DNA of 64,000 nucleotides from Myxococcota bacterium (GTDB lineage Bacteria; Myxococcota; B64-G9), in contig DATKYQ010000002.1 of the NCBI GenBank assembly GCA_035528415.1, positions 8,176 through 72,175 on the forward strand. Direction: 5' to 3'. This document shows positions 8,852 through 18,478 of the stretch, piece after piece. The notes under the pieces are model-generated. The model searched no databases. It saw only the letters and a list, made by a program, of their open reading frames with translations, and was not told the DNA's origin. The translations under genes and the position numbers were made by a program. Within the stretch, counting starts at the first letter, position 1; each line of letters begins with the position of its first letter.

Positions 8852-11209
8852 ATGAAAAAGTCAACAATTCTGACACTATTGGCAGTTATGGCCGTTGTAT
8901 TGGCGGCCCCTTCGGCCTCTGCCGTCGGCCTGCTGATTCCCACCGACCGTTCGCTGAGTCCGTTGGGCATCAAGTACCACCGGGCCGAAGTGAAAATAAA
9001 GGATCGCGTGGCGGTCACCCACGTCGATCAGGTGTTTTACAACAACACCGACCAGGTGCTCGAGGCCACTTATATCTTTCCGTTGCCCAAGGGGGCCACT
9101 GTCTCCGACTTCTACCTGTACATCAACGGCAAGCGCACCAAGGGCGAGATTCTCGAGAAGAACCAGGCGCGCAACATCTACGAGGGGATAGTCAGGCGCA
9201 TGCGCGACCCGGGGCTGCTCGAGTACCTGGGCCGCGATCTCTTCAAGTGCCGCGTCTACCCGGTGCCCCGCAGGGGCGAGCAGCGCATCGAGATCGAGTT
9301 CAGCCAGATCATGCCCTACGAGGGCGGCATCACAAAGTACTCCTACCCGATGCGCACCGATCGCACCTCGGCCCGGACGATGAAAGACTTCACCCTGTCG
9401 GTCAACATCCAGTCCAAGACCGCCATCAAGACCATCTACTCGCCGACCCACAAGATCTACAGCCGCAAGCGTGACGATCATAATGCCACGGCCGGTTTCG
9501 AAACCATGGCAGCCACCCTCGACCACGATTTCGAGATGTTTTACACGGTTTCCGACAAGGACGTCGGGCTGAACCTTTTGACCTACCGCGAGCCGGGCGA
9601 ACCCGGCTTCTTCATGCTGATGGCCTCGCCCAAGAGCGAGTTCCGCGAGCGCGAGATCATCGGCAAGCGTATCTCTTTCGTGATCGACACTTCGGGATCG
9701 ATGGCCGGGGCCAAGATGCGCCACGCCAAGAAGGCCATCAAGTACTGCCTGCAGAGACTGAACCCCGACGACCTGTTCAACGTGATCCGTTTTTCGACAG
9801 ACGTCGAGGCCTTCGTCAAGCAGCCGGTCTCGGCCGGTAAGGACAACGTCCAGCGGGCGCTCAACTTCGTCGGTCACATGGAGGCCGCCGGCGGCACGGC
9901 CATTGACGAGGCGCTGACGACCGCCCTGGCCGGGCACGTCAAGGCCTCAGAGCCCAATATGATGGTCTTCATGACCGACGGGCATCCGACCGTGGGCGAG
10001 ACCGACCCGGCCCGGATCATCAAGCATACCGCCGGTGCCAACAAGGTAGCGGCCAAGATCTTCGTCTTCGGGGTTGGCGACGAGATCAACACCAAGCTGC
10101 TCGACAAAGTCTCGGGCGGCAACCACGGCGATTCAACCTATGTCAAGCCCAACCAGGAGATCGAACACACCCTGGCCACTTTCTACGACAAGGTCAGCCA
10201 CCCGGTTATGTCCGATGTCACACTCGACTTCGGTTCGATCCACGAGTACGACGTGTTGCCCAAGCACATCCCCGACCTGTTCAAGGGCGGCCAGGTGATC
10301 ATGCTGGGGCGTTACCGCTCCAACGGCCACAGCGCCTTGACGCTGAGCGGAAAGATGGGCGAAGGCTCGAAGAAGTTCGTCTTCGAGGGCAAGTTCCCCA
10401 AGGTCGAACGCGACAACGACTTCATCCCGCGACTGTGGGCCACGCGCAAGATAGGCTTTCTGCTCGACAACATCCGCCTCGGCGGCGAGCGCCGCGAGCT
10501 GGTTGACGAAGTCATCCGTCTTTCGAAGCGTTACGGCATCGTCACTCCCTACACCTCGTACCTGGTGACCGAGGACAACCGCAACATGGTCGCCCGCGAG
10601 CAGCAGCGCCCGAGACCGCGGCCGATCATGAAGTCTCCCCCGCGGACCACTCGGCCGGGCTGGGGCATGGACAGGTCGGCACGCGGCGGATCGGCGAGTG
10701 GGCGGGCGAACATGCCCGCGGCTGCGCCCGAGGCCGAGTCCACCGGCAGCAAGGGAGTTTACGACTCGGTGGCTGCCAGCGCGCCGCGACGCAAGGCCAA
10801 GGCTCACATGCGCATCTTCGCCGAGAAGAAGGAAATGGCCATGCAGGCCGAGAGCGGCGAAGATGCCATCTCCATGGCCGGCGCCGTCAAGGACATGAAG
10901 AACGCCCGGGCACCGCGCGACGACGAGGACGAGGCCAGCGGCATCCGCTACGTCTCGGGACGGGCCTTCAGCTTCAAGGGCGGCGCCTGGACCGACTTGC
11001 GATACAAGAGCGGCATGCGGATGCTCAAGGTCAAGTACCTCTCGAGCGCCTACTTCCGGCTGATCGCCAAGTCGAGCTTCCTCAAGGAGGTCTTCACCCT
11101 GGGACAGCGCGTGATCGTCGTGGTCGGCACGAACAAGGCCATAGAGATCGGCACCTCGGGCAAGGAGACCATCAGCGACAGCGAGGCGCGCGAGTTCACA
11201 GCGCAATGA
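8852..11209 (+). CDS. VIT domain + von Willebrand factor A domain secreted protein
   Basis: Start chosen at the ATG preceded by an AGGAGG RBS (MKKSTILTLLAVMAVVLAAPSASA signal peptide). VIT-like N-terminus (KYHRAEVKIKDRVAVTHVDQVFYN). vWA MIDAS motif ISFVIDTSGSM...NVIRFSTD. C-terminal Arg/Ala-rich low-complexity tail. Confidence 0.8.
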   Translation: MKKSTILTLLAVMAVVLAAPSASAVGLLIPTDRSLSPLGIKYHRAEVKIKDRVAVTHVDQVFYNNTDQVLEATYIFPLPKGATVSDFYLYINGKRTKGEILEKNQARNIYEGIVRRMRDPGLLEYLGRDLFKCRVYPVPRRGEQRIEIEFSQIMPYEGGITKYSYPMRTDRTSARTMKDFTLSVNIQSKTAIKTIYSPTHKIYSRKRDDHNATAGFETMAATLDHDFEMFYTVSDKDVGLNLLTYREPGEPGFFMLMASPKSEFREREIIGKRISFVIDTSGSMAGAKMRHAKKAIKYCLQRLNPDDLFNVIRFSTDVEAFVKQPVSAGKDNVQRALNFVGHMEAAGGTAIDEALTTALAGHVKASEPNMMVFMTDGHPTVGETDPARIIKHTAGANKVAAKIFVFGVGDEINTKLLDKVSGGNHGDSTYVKPNQEIEHTLATFYDKVSHPVMSDVTLDFGSIHEYDVLPKHIPDLFKGGQVIMLGRYRSNGHSALTLSGKMGEGSKKFVFEGKFPKVERDNDFIPRLWATRKIGFLLDNIRLGGERRELVDEVIRLSKRYGIVTPYTSYLVTEDNRNMVAREQQRPRPRPIMKSPPRTTRPGWGMDRSARGGSASGRANMPAAAPEAESTGSKGVYDSVAASAPRRKAKAHMRIFAEKKEMAMQAESGEDAISMAGAVKDMKNARAPRDDEDEASGIRYVSGRAFSFKGGAWTDLRYKSGMRMLKVKYLSSAYFRLIAKSSFLKEVFTLGQRVIVVVGTNKAIEIGTSGKETISDSEAREFTAQ

Positions 11210-11245
11210 AGTGACGGCCGGATTCCCCTGCCCGGAATTTTTTAA

Positions 11246-12844
11246 TCAACCACAAAGACGATCAATGAGCGCGTCAGCGGCGCGGATGCCGTCGATGGCC
11301 GACGAGACTATTCCGCCGGCGTAGCCGGAGCCTTCGCCGGCCGGATACAGACCGGCGCAGCCGGGGCTTGCGCCGTCGGGGCCGCGCAAGATCCTGACCG
11401 GGCTCGAGGTGCGGGTCTCCAAGCCGATCACGGCGGCCCGGGGATGATCGAGCCCGCGCATCTTCTTGCAGAAGACCGCAAGTCCACCCCTGAGAGCATC
11501 AGAGAGCCAATCGGGCATCAAAGCTCCGACGTCGGCCGCTGTCACCGCGGGGCGGTAGTTGATCGCCGGCAGACGCGCGCTGCGCGCCCCGGGCGCGCAG
11601 CGCATGAAATCGACAAGTCGCTGGGCCGGGGCGCGAAAGCCTCCACCTCCGGCGGCGAAGGCGGCCCGTTCGAGTTGTTGTTGAAAGCGCACTCCCTCCA
11701 GCGGGAAGCCTTCGCCGCCGAAGTCATCTACGGAAACGGCGGCCACCACGCCGGCGTTGGCCTCACCCGAATCCCGGGCGCTCGTGCTCATGCCGTTGGT
11801 GGTAAGCCCGTCAGCCTCGGTCGGGGTGGGAATGACGGTTCCTCCCGGGCACATGCAAAAGGTGTAGACGCTGCGACCGGCGACTCTGGCGGTCAAGCGA
11901 TAGCTGGCCGGGCCAAGACCCGGGTGGTTGCCATACTGGATAGCGTCGATCAGCTCCTGCGGATGGGTCATGCGCAGGCCCACGGCGAAGGGTTTGGCCG
12001 CAATCGGCAGGCCAATCTCGTGCAAGCCTGCGAAAAGGTCACGCGCCGAGTTGCCGGGCGCCAGCACGGCGCCCTCGCAGGCCAGCCTGCCGTCTTCGAG
12101 CACCAGCGCGCGCAGCTTGCCGGCCTGAAGCGACAGGTTGACAACCTTCGTTTCGAAGACGAACCTGCAGCCGTCGTCTTCGAGCCGTCCGTGCAGGTTG
12201 GCCAACACCTGCGGCCAGCGGTCGCTGCCCACGTGTGGTTGGGCGTCTACCAGGATCTGATCTCTACTGCCAGCGCCGCTGGCCTGCAGCACTTCAAGCA
12301 CGTGGCGCACAGCCGGCTGATGCAGGCGGGTAAAGAGCTTGCCGTCCGAGTAGGCGCCCGCGCCGCCCAGGCCGAAATGGAAGTTGCTTTCGGCTTGGAA
12401 TTGTCCGCGCCCGACCAGAGCGGCGATGTCCCCGTGGCGCGCGGCCAACTGGCGTCCCCTCTCGACCAGCAGCGGGCGCAGGCCGGCCTGGCATAAGCGC
12501 ATGGCGGCGAACAGTCCGGCCGGCCCGGCGCCGACCACGGCGACATCCCTTTGGCCGGCAACAGTCCGTGCGGGCGCAAGCGGCGAGGGCGGGCCGACCA
12601 TATGGGTATGCAAAGGAAGATGTTCGGGTGGACGGGAGAGCCTGGCGCGGATGCCGAGCACGAAGCGCGGTCTGCCGTGTCGCGAGTCGATCGAACGGCG
12701 CACGACACTGGCGTCGATCACTCGCTCGAGCGGCACGCCCAGGCGAGCCGCGGCCAGACGGGAGGGATCTTCATCCCGAGCCTCGATCGCCAGCTCGACA
12801 CCGTCGAGTTGCAGTTCGCATTGCGCGTCGGATACCATCTCCAA
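11246..12844 (-). CDS. FAD-dependent dehydrogenase (COG2509-like, NAD(FAD)-utilising)
   Basis: Rossmann dinucleotide motif VAVVGAGPAGLFAAMRL. GG-motif HFGLGGAGAYSDGKL typical of the COG2509 family. Confidence 0.75.
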   Translation of the reverse strand: MEMVSDAQCELQLDGVELAIEARDEDPSRLAAARLGVPLERVIDASVVRRSIDSRHGRPRFVLGIRARLSRPPEHLPLHTHMVGPPSPLAPARTVAGQRDVAVVGAGPAGLFAAMRLCQAGLRPLLVERGRQLAARHGDIAALVGRGQFQAESNFHFGLGGAGAYSDGKLFTRLHQPAVRHVLEVLQASGAGSRDQILVDAQPHVGSDRWPQVLANLHGRLEDDGCRFVFETKVVNLSLQAGKLRALVLEDGRLACEGAVLAPGNSARDLFAGLHEIGLPIAAKPFAVGLRMTHPQELIDAIQYGNHPGLGPASYRLTARVAGRSVYTFCMCPGGTVIPTPTEADGLTTNGMSTSARDSGEANAGVVAAVSVDDFGGEGFPLEGVRFQQQLERAAFAAGGGGFRAPAQRLVDFMRCAPGARSARLPAINYRPAVTAADVGALMPDWLSDALRGGLAVFCKKMRGLDHPRAAVIGLETRTSSPVRILRGPDGASPGCAGLYPAGEGSGYAGGIVSSAIDGIRAADALIDRLCG

Positions 12845-13018
12845 GACATCATAATGCCAACGTGAGCCCGGTCACAAGCGCGCGCTCAGCACACTCCCAA
12901 AGACTCACACTGTTGCAATCCGAATACACTGCCGTACCACGTAACCACTTGAATAACAGGTGTTATCCAGACGGCACGTATCTTGCGACCAGGTGCGTCA
13001 AGACGATGGAGGTGCCTG

Positions 13019-13780
13019 ATGAAAAAGCGTCCGAGACACAAGCGCAGACTTACGGTCATCATCTTATTGAGCCTTGCGAACACTTTCTGCGCGACGATCG
13101 ATCGCGGCCGATCGAAGTCATCGATCAGCGCCGCTGCCGAATACGGCATGGCCGGAAATCGCAGCTATGGTTGCGGGGGCGAGGTATTGAGCGAGCAGCG
13201 CCATCACCAGATCGGCGGCAAGGTCACTTATCGTTACGAGGACCAACACGGCCTGATAGCCCAGGCGGACGCCGGCGCCCTCTTCGGTTCGCTGGCCAAT
13301 CACTTCGGCTTCGAACCCACCAGGCGCGACTACTTCATGGGCTCCATCGGCGGGCTTATCGGTTACGATTTGAACTATCTGGGAGTGGATCTGGGCGCCG
13401 GAGTGCTGTTCGACGATCGCGGCCGGGTGTTGGCGGTGCCGCGTTTCAACTTGCGCCTGGGCTCCCTGAAGAACGCCTGGTTCGAGACGGGTATCGGGCC
13501 CCTGGATGCGCCCTTCGACGGGCGCCTGCTGTACGGCGGTATCGGCCTGCGCGGTGACATTTTCCGCCTGAACTTCGGGGCGGCCTTCATCGGCCGCCCG
13601 CTGGTAAACCTGGATTGCGGCTACGACGAGATAACCATGGGCGAGTTGACCGACAACGGCCTCGATCTCGGCGGCTACGCCACCTTGACCCTGATGTTGG
13701 GTCACGGCATCGGCCTCGACCTGGGCGCCATAGCCGCCGAGAACTTCTCCGGCCGCCTCGGCCTGCGCATGGAATTTTAA
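13019..13780 (+). CDS. Putative outer-membrane beta-barrel protein (hypothetical)
   Basis: GGAGGTG RBS before ATG at 13019. Basic N-terminus plus hydrophobic signal peptide. Alternating Gly/aromatic beta-strand pattern. C-terminal ...RMEF (terminal Phe, as in OMP beta-signals). Confidence 0.5.
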   Translation: MKKRPRHKRRLTVIILLSLANTFCATIDRGRSKSSISAAAEYGMAGNRSYGCGGEVLSEQRHHQIGGKVTYRYEDQHGLIAQADAGALFGSLANHFGFEPTRRDYFMGSIGGLIGYDLNYLGVDLGAGVLFDDRGRVLAVPRFNLRLGSLKNAWFETGIGPLDAPFDGRLLYGGIGLRGDIFRLNFGAAFIGRPLVNLDCGYDEITMGELTDNGLDLGGYATLTLMLGHGIGLDLGAIAAENFSGRLGLRMEF

Positions 13781-13856
13781 AAAACAAGAGTCGGATGCTA
13801 TTTTCCGTGTTCGTGGTAGGGTTGGGACTCAGGCGACTGGAACGAAAGGACACAAG

Positions 13857-14417
13857 ATGCCGGCTCTTGGATGGGAAAAACTCGAAGAAAAAGAGAGCTA
13901 CCATTGCAGGATCTTCTCGATTCAAAAACAGCGCTCGCGCTCGCTGCGCGACGGGCGTGAGCACGACTTCGATCTTCTCTACTCGCCCGACTGGGTCAAC
14001 GTGGCGGCCGTGACCACGGCCGGCAACCTTTTGCTGATTCGCCAGTATCGCCACGGCAGCGGGGAGATCACCACCGAGATTCCCGGCGGCATGCTCGATG
14101 ACGGAGAGAGCCCGCTCGAGGCCGCCAGGCGGGAGCTGTCCGAAGAGACCGGCTACACCTCGGCGGAGTGGGAGCAGATCGGCATTGTCGAGCCGAATCC
14201 CGCCTTCCAGACCAACCGCACTTACACCTTCCTGGCCCGCGGCGCGACCCGCACGGGAGCCCAGCACCTGGACGCCAACGAGGATATCGAGGTTTTCGAA
14301 CACCCCCTGGGCAACATCTGGAGCCTGGTAGCCGGCGGGAAAATCAAGCACGCCCTGGTGTTGTGCGCCGTGTTGCACCTGGTGCGTCACGGCGATCTCA
14401 GCCAGCCCGGGATGTGA
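13857..14417 (+). CDS. NUDIX hydrolase (ADP-ribose pyrophosphatase-like)
   Basis: Nudix box GGMLDDGESPLEAARRELSEETGY. Confidence 0.85.
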   Translation: MPALGWEKLEEKESYHCRIFSIQKQRSRSLRDGREHDFDLLYSPDWVNVAAVTTAGNLLLIRQYRHGSGEITTEIPGGMLDDGESPLEAARRELSEETGYTSAEWEQIGIVEPNPAFQTNRTYTFLARGATRTGAQHLDANEDIEVFEHPLGNIWSLVAGGKIKHALVLCAVLHLVRHGDLSQPGM

Positions 14418-14420
14418 GCC

Positions 14421-15785
14421 ATGCGCGCGCAGGTCTTCCTTATCCCCTTCCTGCTGGTCGCGCCGGTCGCCGGCGCGGGTGATTTTCCACCCGAGCATCT
14501 TCTCGGATCGCTCGAGGAAGGCGTCTCGCCTGATGTGCTGATTATCAAGCAGGGCCGGCCCGGAACCGTCGATATGGCTTACCAGCCGGTTCTCGAACTC
14601 TACCCGCTTCTGAAGATGCCGGCTGCCTGGGAGGTGCGGGCCGAGTATGTCCAGAAACGATTGATCAGTTACTTCGACTGGCGGGCGGTGGCCTACAGCC
14701 CGGTGGCGCTTCGGCGTGAGTTCAGCTTGAGAAGGGTGGCCGGCGGGCTGATCGTCTTGCAGGGTCTGGCCAGCCAGGACTTTCTGCGCATCGATCGCTG
14801 GATGATCGAGCCACGGCTGCGAGGCTACGAGGGATCGATGGTCACGCCGGCCGAATGGACGGTCGAGGTTGGCGGTCGAAAAGGCCCGACCTACGACCTG
14901 GTAAATTGGCTGACCGTCAGCCGCGACGGGCGGCGCCTGGCCTATGCCGGCAAGAAGGCCGATCTCTGGCAGGTTGTGCTGGACGGCAAGCCTGGCCCGG
15001 GATACGCGCGAGTGGACAAGCCGGTCTTCTCCCCCGACGGAAAGAGGTTCGCCTACTGCGCCATGAAGGGCATCAAGTGGCATGTCGTCACCGACGACGG
15101 GCACGAGGGGCCGGGCTTTGCCCAGGTGGATTGGCCGGTCTTTAGCCCGGCCGGCAAGCGGCTGGCTTACACGGTCGTGGACGGCACCAGGCATCACGTT
15201 GTTCTCAACGGGGAAGAGGGCGAGGGCTACGACATGGTCGAGCGCCCGGTCTTTGGAGCCGATGGGAGAATGGCCTACGTGGCCAGAAACACGGGTGAGA
15301 TGTTCGTGGTGCTGGGCAAGCGCGAGTTGCCGGCGCACCAGCTGGTTAGATGGCCCACCTTCAGCGCCGACGGCAAATCTTTTGCCTACAGCGTCCTGGA
15401 CGGATCGGAGGGCTACATGGTTCTGGACGGCAAACCACGGCAGAAATTCGACGAGGTCGATTGGCCGGTCTTCGCGAACTGCGGCGGATCTTTGGCCTAC
15501 CGTGCGCGGGAGGGGGTCAAGTGGATCATGGTTGTTGACGGCCGCTTCGACCGGCGCTTCGATCTGGTTGAACGGCCGATTTTCGGACCGAGTGGCAAGC
15601 TTGTGGCCTTCGCCGCTCAGAAGGACCAGAAATGGTTCGCGGTATCCGGAAGCGCCGTCAGCGATCCTTTCGACTGGGTTGGCCGGTTGCGGGTGAGTCC
15701 TGACGGCAAGCTGGTGGGTTTCGGCGCCCAGCTGGGATCGCAGACCTGGTGGAAGGTAATGCAGATGGGAAAAAAGATGCCCTGA
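14421..15785 (+). CDS. Secreted beta-propeller protein with ~8 PD40/TolB-like repeats
   Basis: Signal peptide MRAQVFLIPFLLVAPVAGAG. Repeats of about 46 aa with P(V/I)FSPDGKRLAY-type cores (FSPDGKRFAY, FSPAGKRLAY, FSADGKSFAY, VSPDGKLVGF). Start is 4 nt after the NUDIX stop. Confidence 0.7.
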   Translation: MRAQVFLIPFLLVAPVAGAGDFPPEHLLGSLEEGVSPDVLIIKQGRPGTVDMAYQPVLELYPLLKMPAAWEVRAEYVQKRLISYFDWRAVAYSPVALRREFSLRRVAGGLIVLQGLASQDFLRIDRWMIEPRLRGYEGSMVTPAEWTVEVGGRKGPTYDLVNWLTVSRDGRRLAYAGKKADLWQVVLDGKPGPGYARVDKPVFSPDGKRFAYCAMKGIKWHVVTDDGHEGPGFAQVDWPVFSPAGKRLAYTVVDGTRHHVVLNGEEGEGYDMVERPVFGADGRMAYVARNTGEMFVVLGKRELPAHQLVRWPTFSADGKSFAYSVLDGSEGYMVLDGKPRQKFDEVDWPVFANCGGSLAYRAREGVKWIMVVDGRFDRRFDLVERPIFGPSGKLVAFAAQKDQKWFAVSGSAVSDPFDWVGRLRVSPDGKLVGFGAQLGSQTWWKVMQMGKKMP

Positions 15786-15937
15786 TTGCACCTGTGGTGC
15801 GAAGACGCCTATACACACAGCCCTGTCCCTTGCAGTGCGTCAAGCGCATGAAACACAAACACTCCCACTCAGCGCCGGATGTTGGCGCGACTCTTGCTTA
15901 CATCCCGGGATGCATGACAAGGGAAGGGAGGTTGGCG

Positions 15938-16237
15938 ATGGCAGATTCAAGCTACAAGGGGACGGCGGTGGTGAGCCCTTCGATGGTTCGCGGCATCTTC
16001 AACGAACTTTGTCAAAACGGCTATAACGAACGACAGATCGAGGCTCTTTCCGCAGAATTGGCCGAGATGGCCGCGATGCGACGCGAGCATCAAGAAGCCC
16101 AGGGTCTGTGGCGGCTGGCCAACCAGATATCAGTGGGTGAACGCGCGGACAACGCCGAAAACGGGCTGTTTGCTATCGGCTGTCCCGAAGGATTTGAGTC
16201 CCTGTGTCTCTCGGCGGCTAGCGCACCCGCAAATTGA
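15938..16237 (+). CDS. Small hypothetical protein (99 aa)
   Basis: GGGAGG RBS 7 nt upstream of the ATG (MADSSYKG...). No recognisable domain. 3' end overlaps the convergent gene by about 20 bp. Confidence 0.35.
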   Translation: MADSSYKGTAVVSPSMVRGIFNELCQNGYNERQIEALSAELAEMAAMRREHQEAQGLWRLANQISVGERADNAENGLFAIGCPEGFESLCLSAASAPAN

Positions 16238-16957
16238 CCTTATTGACATGATGCTTGAAAACGCGCACCCCGCCGCCGGCCGAGACTGCCTGCAGAATGC
16301 CGTCTACATCCTCGACCAGGATGCCCGATAGTCGTGAGACGGGGGTTTGCTCGAAGGCCTCGGGCAGCAGGGGAGTGGAGGCGCCCAGGATCACCACCTC
16401 GCGGCAACCGCGTGCGGCCACCAGAATCTCGTCGATGGTGTGATTGATGATCGCCGTGCCGGTGATCAAGGCGATCTGACATCCGGGTAACCGCTGACGG
16501 GCCTCGCCGGCCGGTCTGATCTCTCCCTGGGCTGTAGCGATTCTTTCGAAGATGGTGAGCGAGGCCGCCATTTGCCTGACGGGCCCGGCAAGCGGTTTGA
16601 AGTTTCCAACCATGCCGACGTGATCTTCAGGCCCGATGCCGATTTGTTCAAGAACGTCTCCCGGCTGGTAGTCGGGACCGGGCCGATTGGCAAGCGCGTT
16701 GGCGCAGGCCAAGCCCAGGGCCGCCTCGATGGGGTCGGCAGAGGACAGCCGAGCCAACAGATCCGCAGCCTGGCGCCCGGCGACGGGATGCAGATCGTCG
16801 AGCAGTGTGCAACAGTGCTCTTCGCGGGGAAGGAAAGTGAGTGCGATGCCGGTGCCGCCGTCCGTGAGCCTTACGGCGGTGTAACCCAGCCCGATGCGCA
16901 CCTCGGCGACGGAAGCTGCGGCGGCTTTCGGTGTGAGAATTTCAATGATGCGGGATG
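16218..16957 (-). CDS. DUF4213/DUF364 family protein (Rossmann-like, putative metal-chelation/cofactor-related)
   Basis: VAEVRIGLGYTAVRLTDGGTGIALTF (DUF4213-like) followed by a Rossmann-like C-terminal half (ALITGTAIINHTIDEIL...VVILGASTP). The six-frame ORF extends to 17111 but would then overlap the divergent lipoprotein start. A TTG at 16957 preceded by AGG is proposed as the start; the start is uncertain. Confidence 0.5.
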
Positions 16958-17106
16958 CTATCGACAAGACCTGCCTTTCAGGTTCGCAAAGATTCGGGCC
17001 GCATCTTCTCTCATGACGTGCTTCGAGCAAACACTTTTTTTCGATTTGACTTTTTATTGTCCTTTCGTATGTTGTTATCTTGGGCACGAGGAGGAATGTA
17101 GAGACA

Positions 17107-17342
17107 TGCAAAAGTTTCTTGTTATCGTAGGGGCCGGATTGCTCCTACTGGCCGGTTGCAAGACTATGCCAGTGGCCGGCGAATGTCCCGAAGTGGCCAA
17201 TCTGCACTGCATGACACGCAAGATCTGCAGCCCGGATCGCGAGCGCGGGTGTCAGAAATGCATCTGCGAGTCTCCCTGGGGAAAAGACGACATCCAACAG
17301 GACGACCTGCAGCGCGGGCGCTCGCCGGACAACAAGTTTTAG
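17107..17342 (+). CDS. Small cysteine-rich lipoprotein (78 aa)
   Basis: GGAGGA RBS. Signal and lipobox MQKFLVIVGAGLLLLAGC. 8 Cys (CPEVANLHCMTRKICSPDRERGCQKCIC). Confidence 0.5.
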
Positions 17343-17345
17343 TCG

Positions 17346-17375
17346 AACCATTTGCATGGTTGACTATTTTTCGGG
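17346..17375 (+). terminator. Possible intrinsic terminator (AACCAT-TTGC-ATGGTT hairpin followed by a T-rich run)
   Basis: 6-bp perfect inverted repeat directly after the lipoprotein stop, then gactatttttcgggg. Confidence 0.3.
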
Positions 17376-17463
17376 GCTGGGATAGAAGCATCTCCCCCGG
17401 GGTTGGGAGTATGTGGGGATCTCGGGATTCCAGGAGACGTTTTTCAATACAAGGAGGTTTCTC

Positions 17464-18474
17464 ATGGCGGTAAAAATCGCGATCAACGGATTCGGGCGCA
17501 TCGGGCGCTGTGTCACCCGGGCCATCTACCAGAACGGGCTTGAAGACAAGTTCGACCTGGTACACATCAACGACATCACCGACGACAAGACGCTGGCCCA
17601 CCTGCTGAGACATGACTCCAATCACGGTGGTTTCAAGTTCGAAGTCGGCGTCGGACAGGACCGCATCACCATAGGGGACAAGAAGGTGACCACCTCGGCC
17701 ATCAAGGACCCGACCGAGCTGCCCTGGAAAGAGAAGAAAATCGACGTCGTGCTCGAGTGCACCGGCATTTTCCGCAGCGGCGATACGGCCGGCAAGCATC
17801 TTACGGCAGGCGCCAAGCGGGTGCTGCTCTCGGCCCCGCCCAAGTCGAAAGACATCCGGACCTTCGTCTACGGCGTGAACCACAAGGAGTTTGATCCCGC
17901 CAAGGACAAGGTCCTCTCAAACGCCTCCTGCACCACTAACTGCCTGGCCCCGGTGGCCAAGGTTCTCGACGAGTCTTTCGGCATCGAACACGGGCTGATG
18001 ACCACAATTCACTCCTACACCAACGACCAGCGCATCCTCGACCTGCCGCACTCCGATCTCAGGCGCGCCCGTTCGGCGGCCTCTTCGATGATCCCCACCA
18101 CTACCGGGGCGGCCAGGTCCGTGGGCATGGTGTTGCCGGCTTTGGCGGGCAAGCTGGACGGCATCTCGGTGCGCGTGCCCACCTCCAACGTCTCGCTGGT
18201 CGACCTGGTTGTGGTGGTCAAGAAGCAGACCACGGCAGAAGAAGTCAACGCCGCTTTTGCCAAGGCCGCCGCCGGTGAACTCAAGGGCATCCTGGGGTTC
18301 TGCGAAGAGCCGCTCGTGTCTCATGACTTCAATGGCGATCCGCGCTCGTCGATTGTCGACGCCGACAACACGGCGGTCATGGCCGGCAACATGGTCAAGG
18401 TTCTTTCCTGGTACGACAACGAGTGGGCCTTCTCTTGCCGCATGCTGGACATGATCGCGTACATCGCGGGTTGA
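17464..18474 (+). CDS. gap: Glyceraldehyde-3-phosphate dehydrogenase
   Basis: MAVKIAINGFGRIGR N-terminus with AAGGAGG RBS. Catalytic SCTTNCLAP motif. Confidence 0.95.
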   Translation: MAVKIAINGFGRIGRCVTRAIYQNGLEDKFDLVHINDITDDKTLAHLLRHDSNHGGFKFEVGVGQDRITIGDKKVTTSAIKDPTELPWKEKKIDVVLECTGIFRSGDTAGKHLTAGAKRVLLSAPPKSKDIRTFVYGVNHKEFDPAKDKVLSNASCTTNCLAPVAKVLDESFGIEHGLMTTIHSYTNDQRILDLPHSDLRRARSAASSMIPTTTGAARSVGMVLPALAGKLDGISVRVPTSNVSLVDLVVVVKKQTTAEEVNAAFAKAAAGELKGILGFCEEPLVSHDFNGDPRSSIVDADNTAVMAGNMVKVLSWYDNEWAFSCRMLDMIAYIAG

Positions 18475-18478
18475 CGGC

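Noticed and set aside
10133-11206. 357-aa minus-strand ORF antisense to the VIT-vWA gene (also 8876..9937 minus)
   Set aside because: Shadow ORFs without RBS or domain content. The + strand gene has clear VIT and vWA signatures.
11210-11245. Possible bidirectional terminator between VIT-vWA and the FAD dehydrogenase (CCGG...CCGG then AATTTTTT)
   Set aside because: Stem would be only 4 bp with a 10-nt loop. Too weak to call.
16572-17106. N-terminal 178 codons of + strand ORF 16572..17342
   Set aside because: Antisense to the DUF4213/DUF364 gene. Only the last 78 codons (from ATG 17107 with GGAGGA RBS and a lipoprotein signal) look like a real gene.
17164-17883. 239-aa minus-strand ORF overlapping the gap promoter and 5' end
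   Set aside because: Conflicts with the highly conserved gap gene and lacks features. Shadow ORF.
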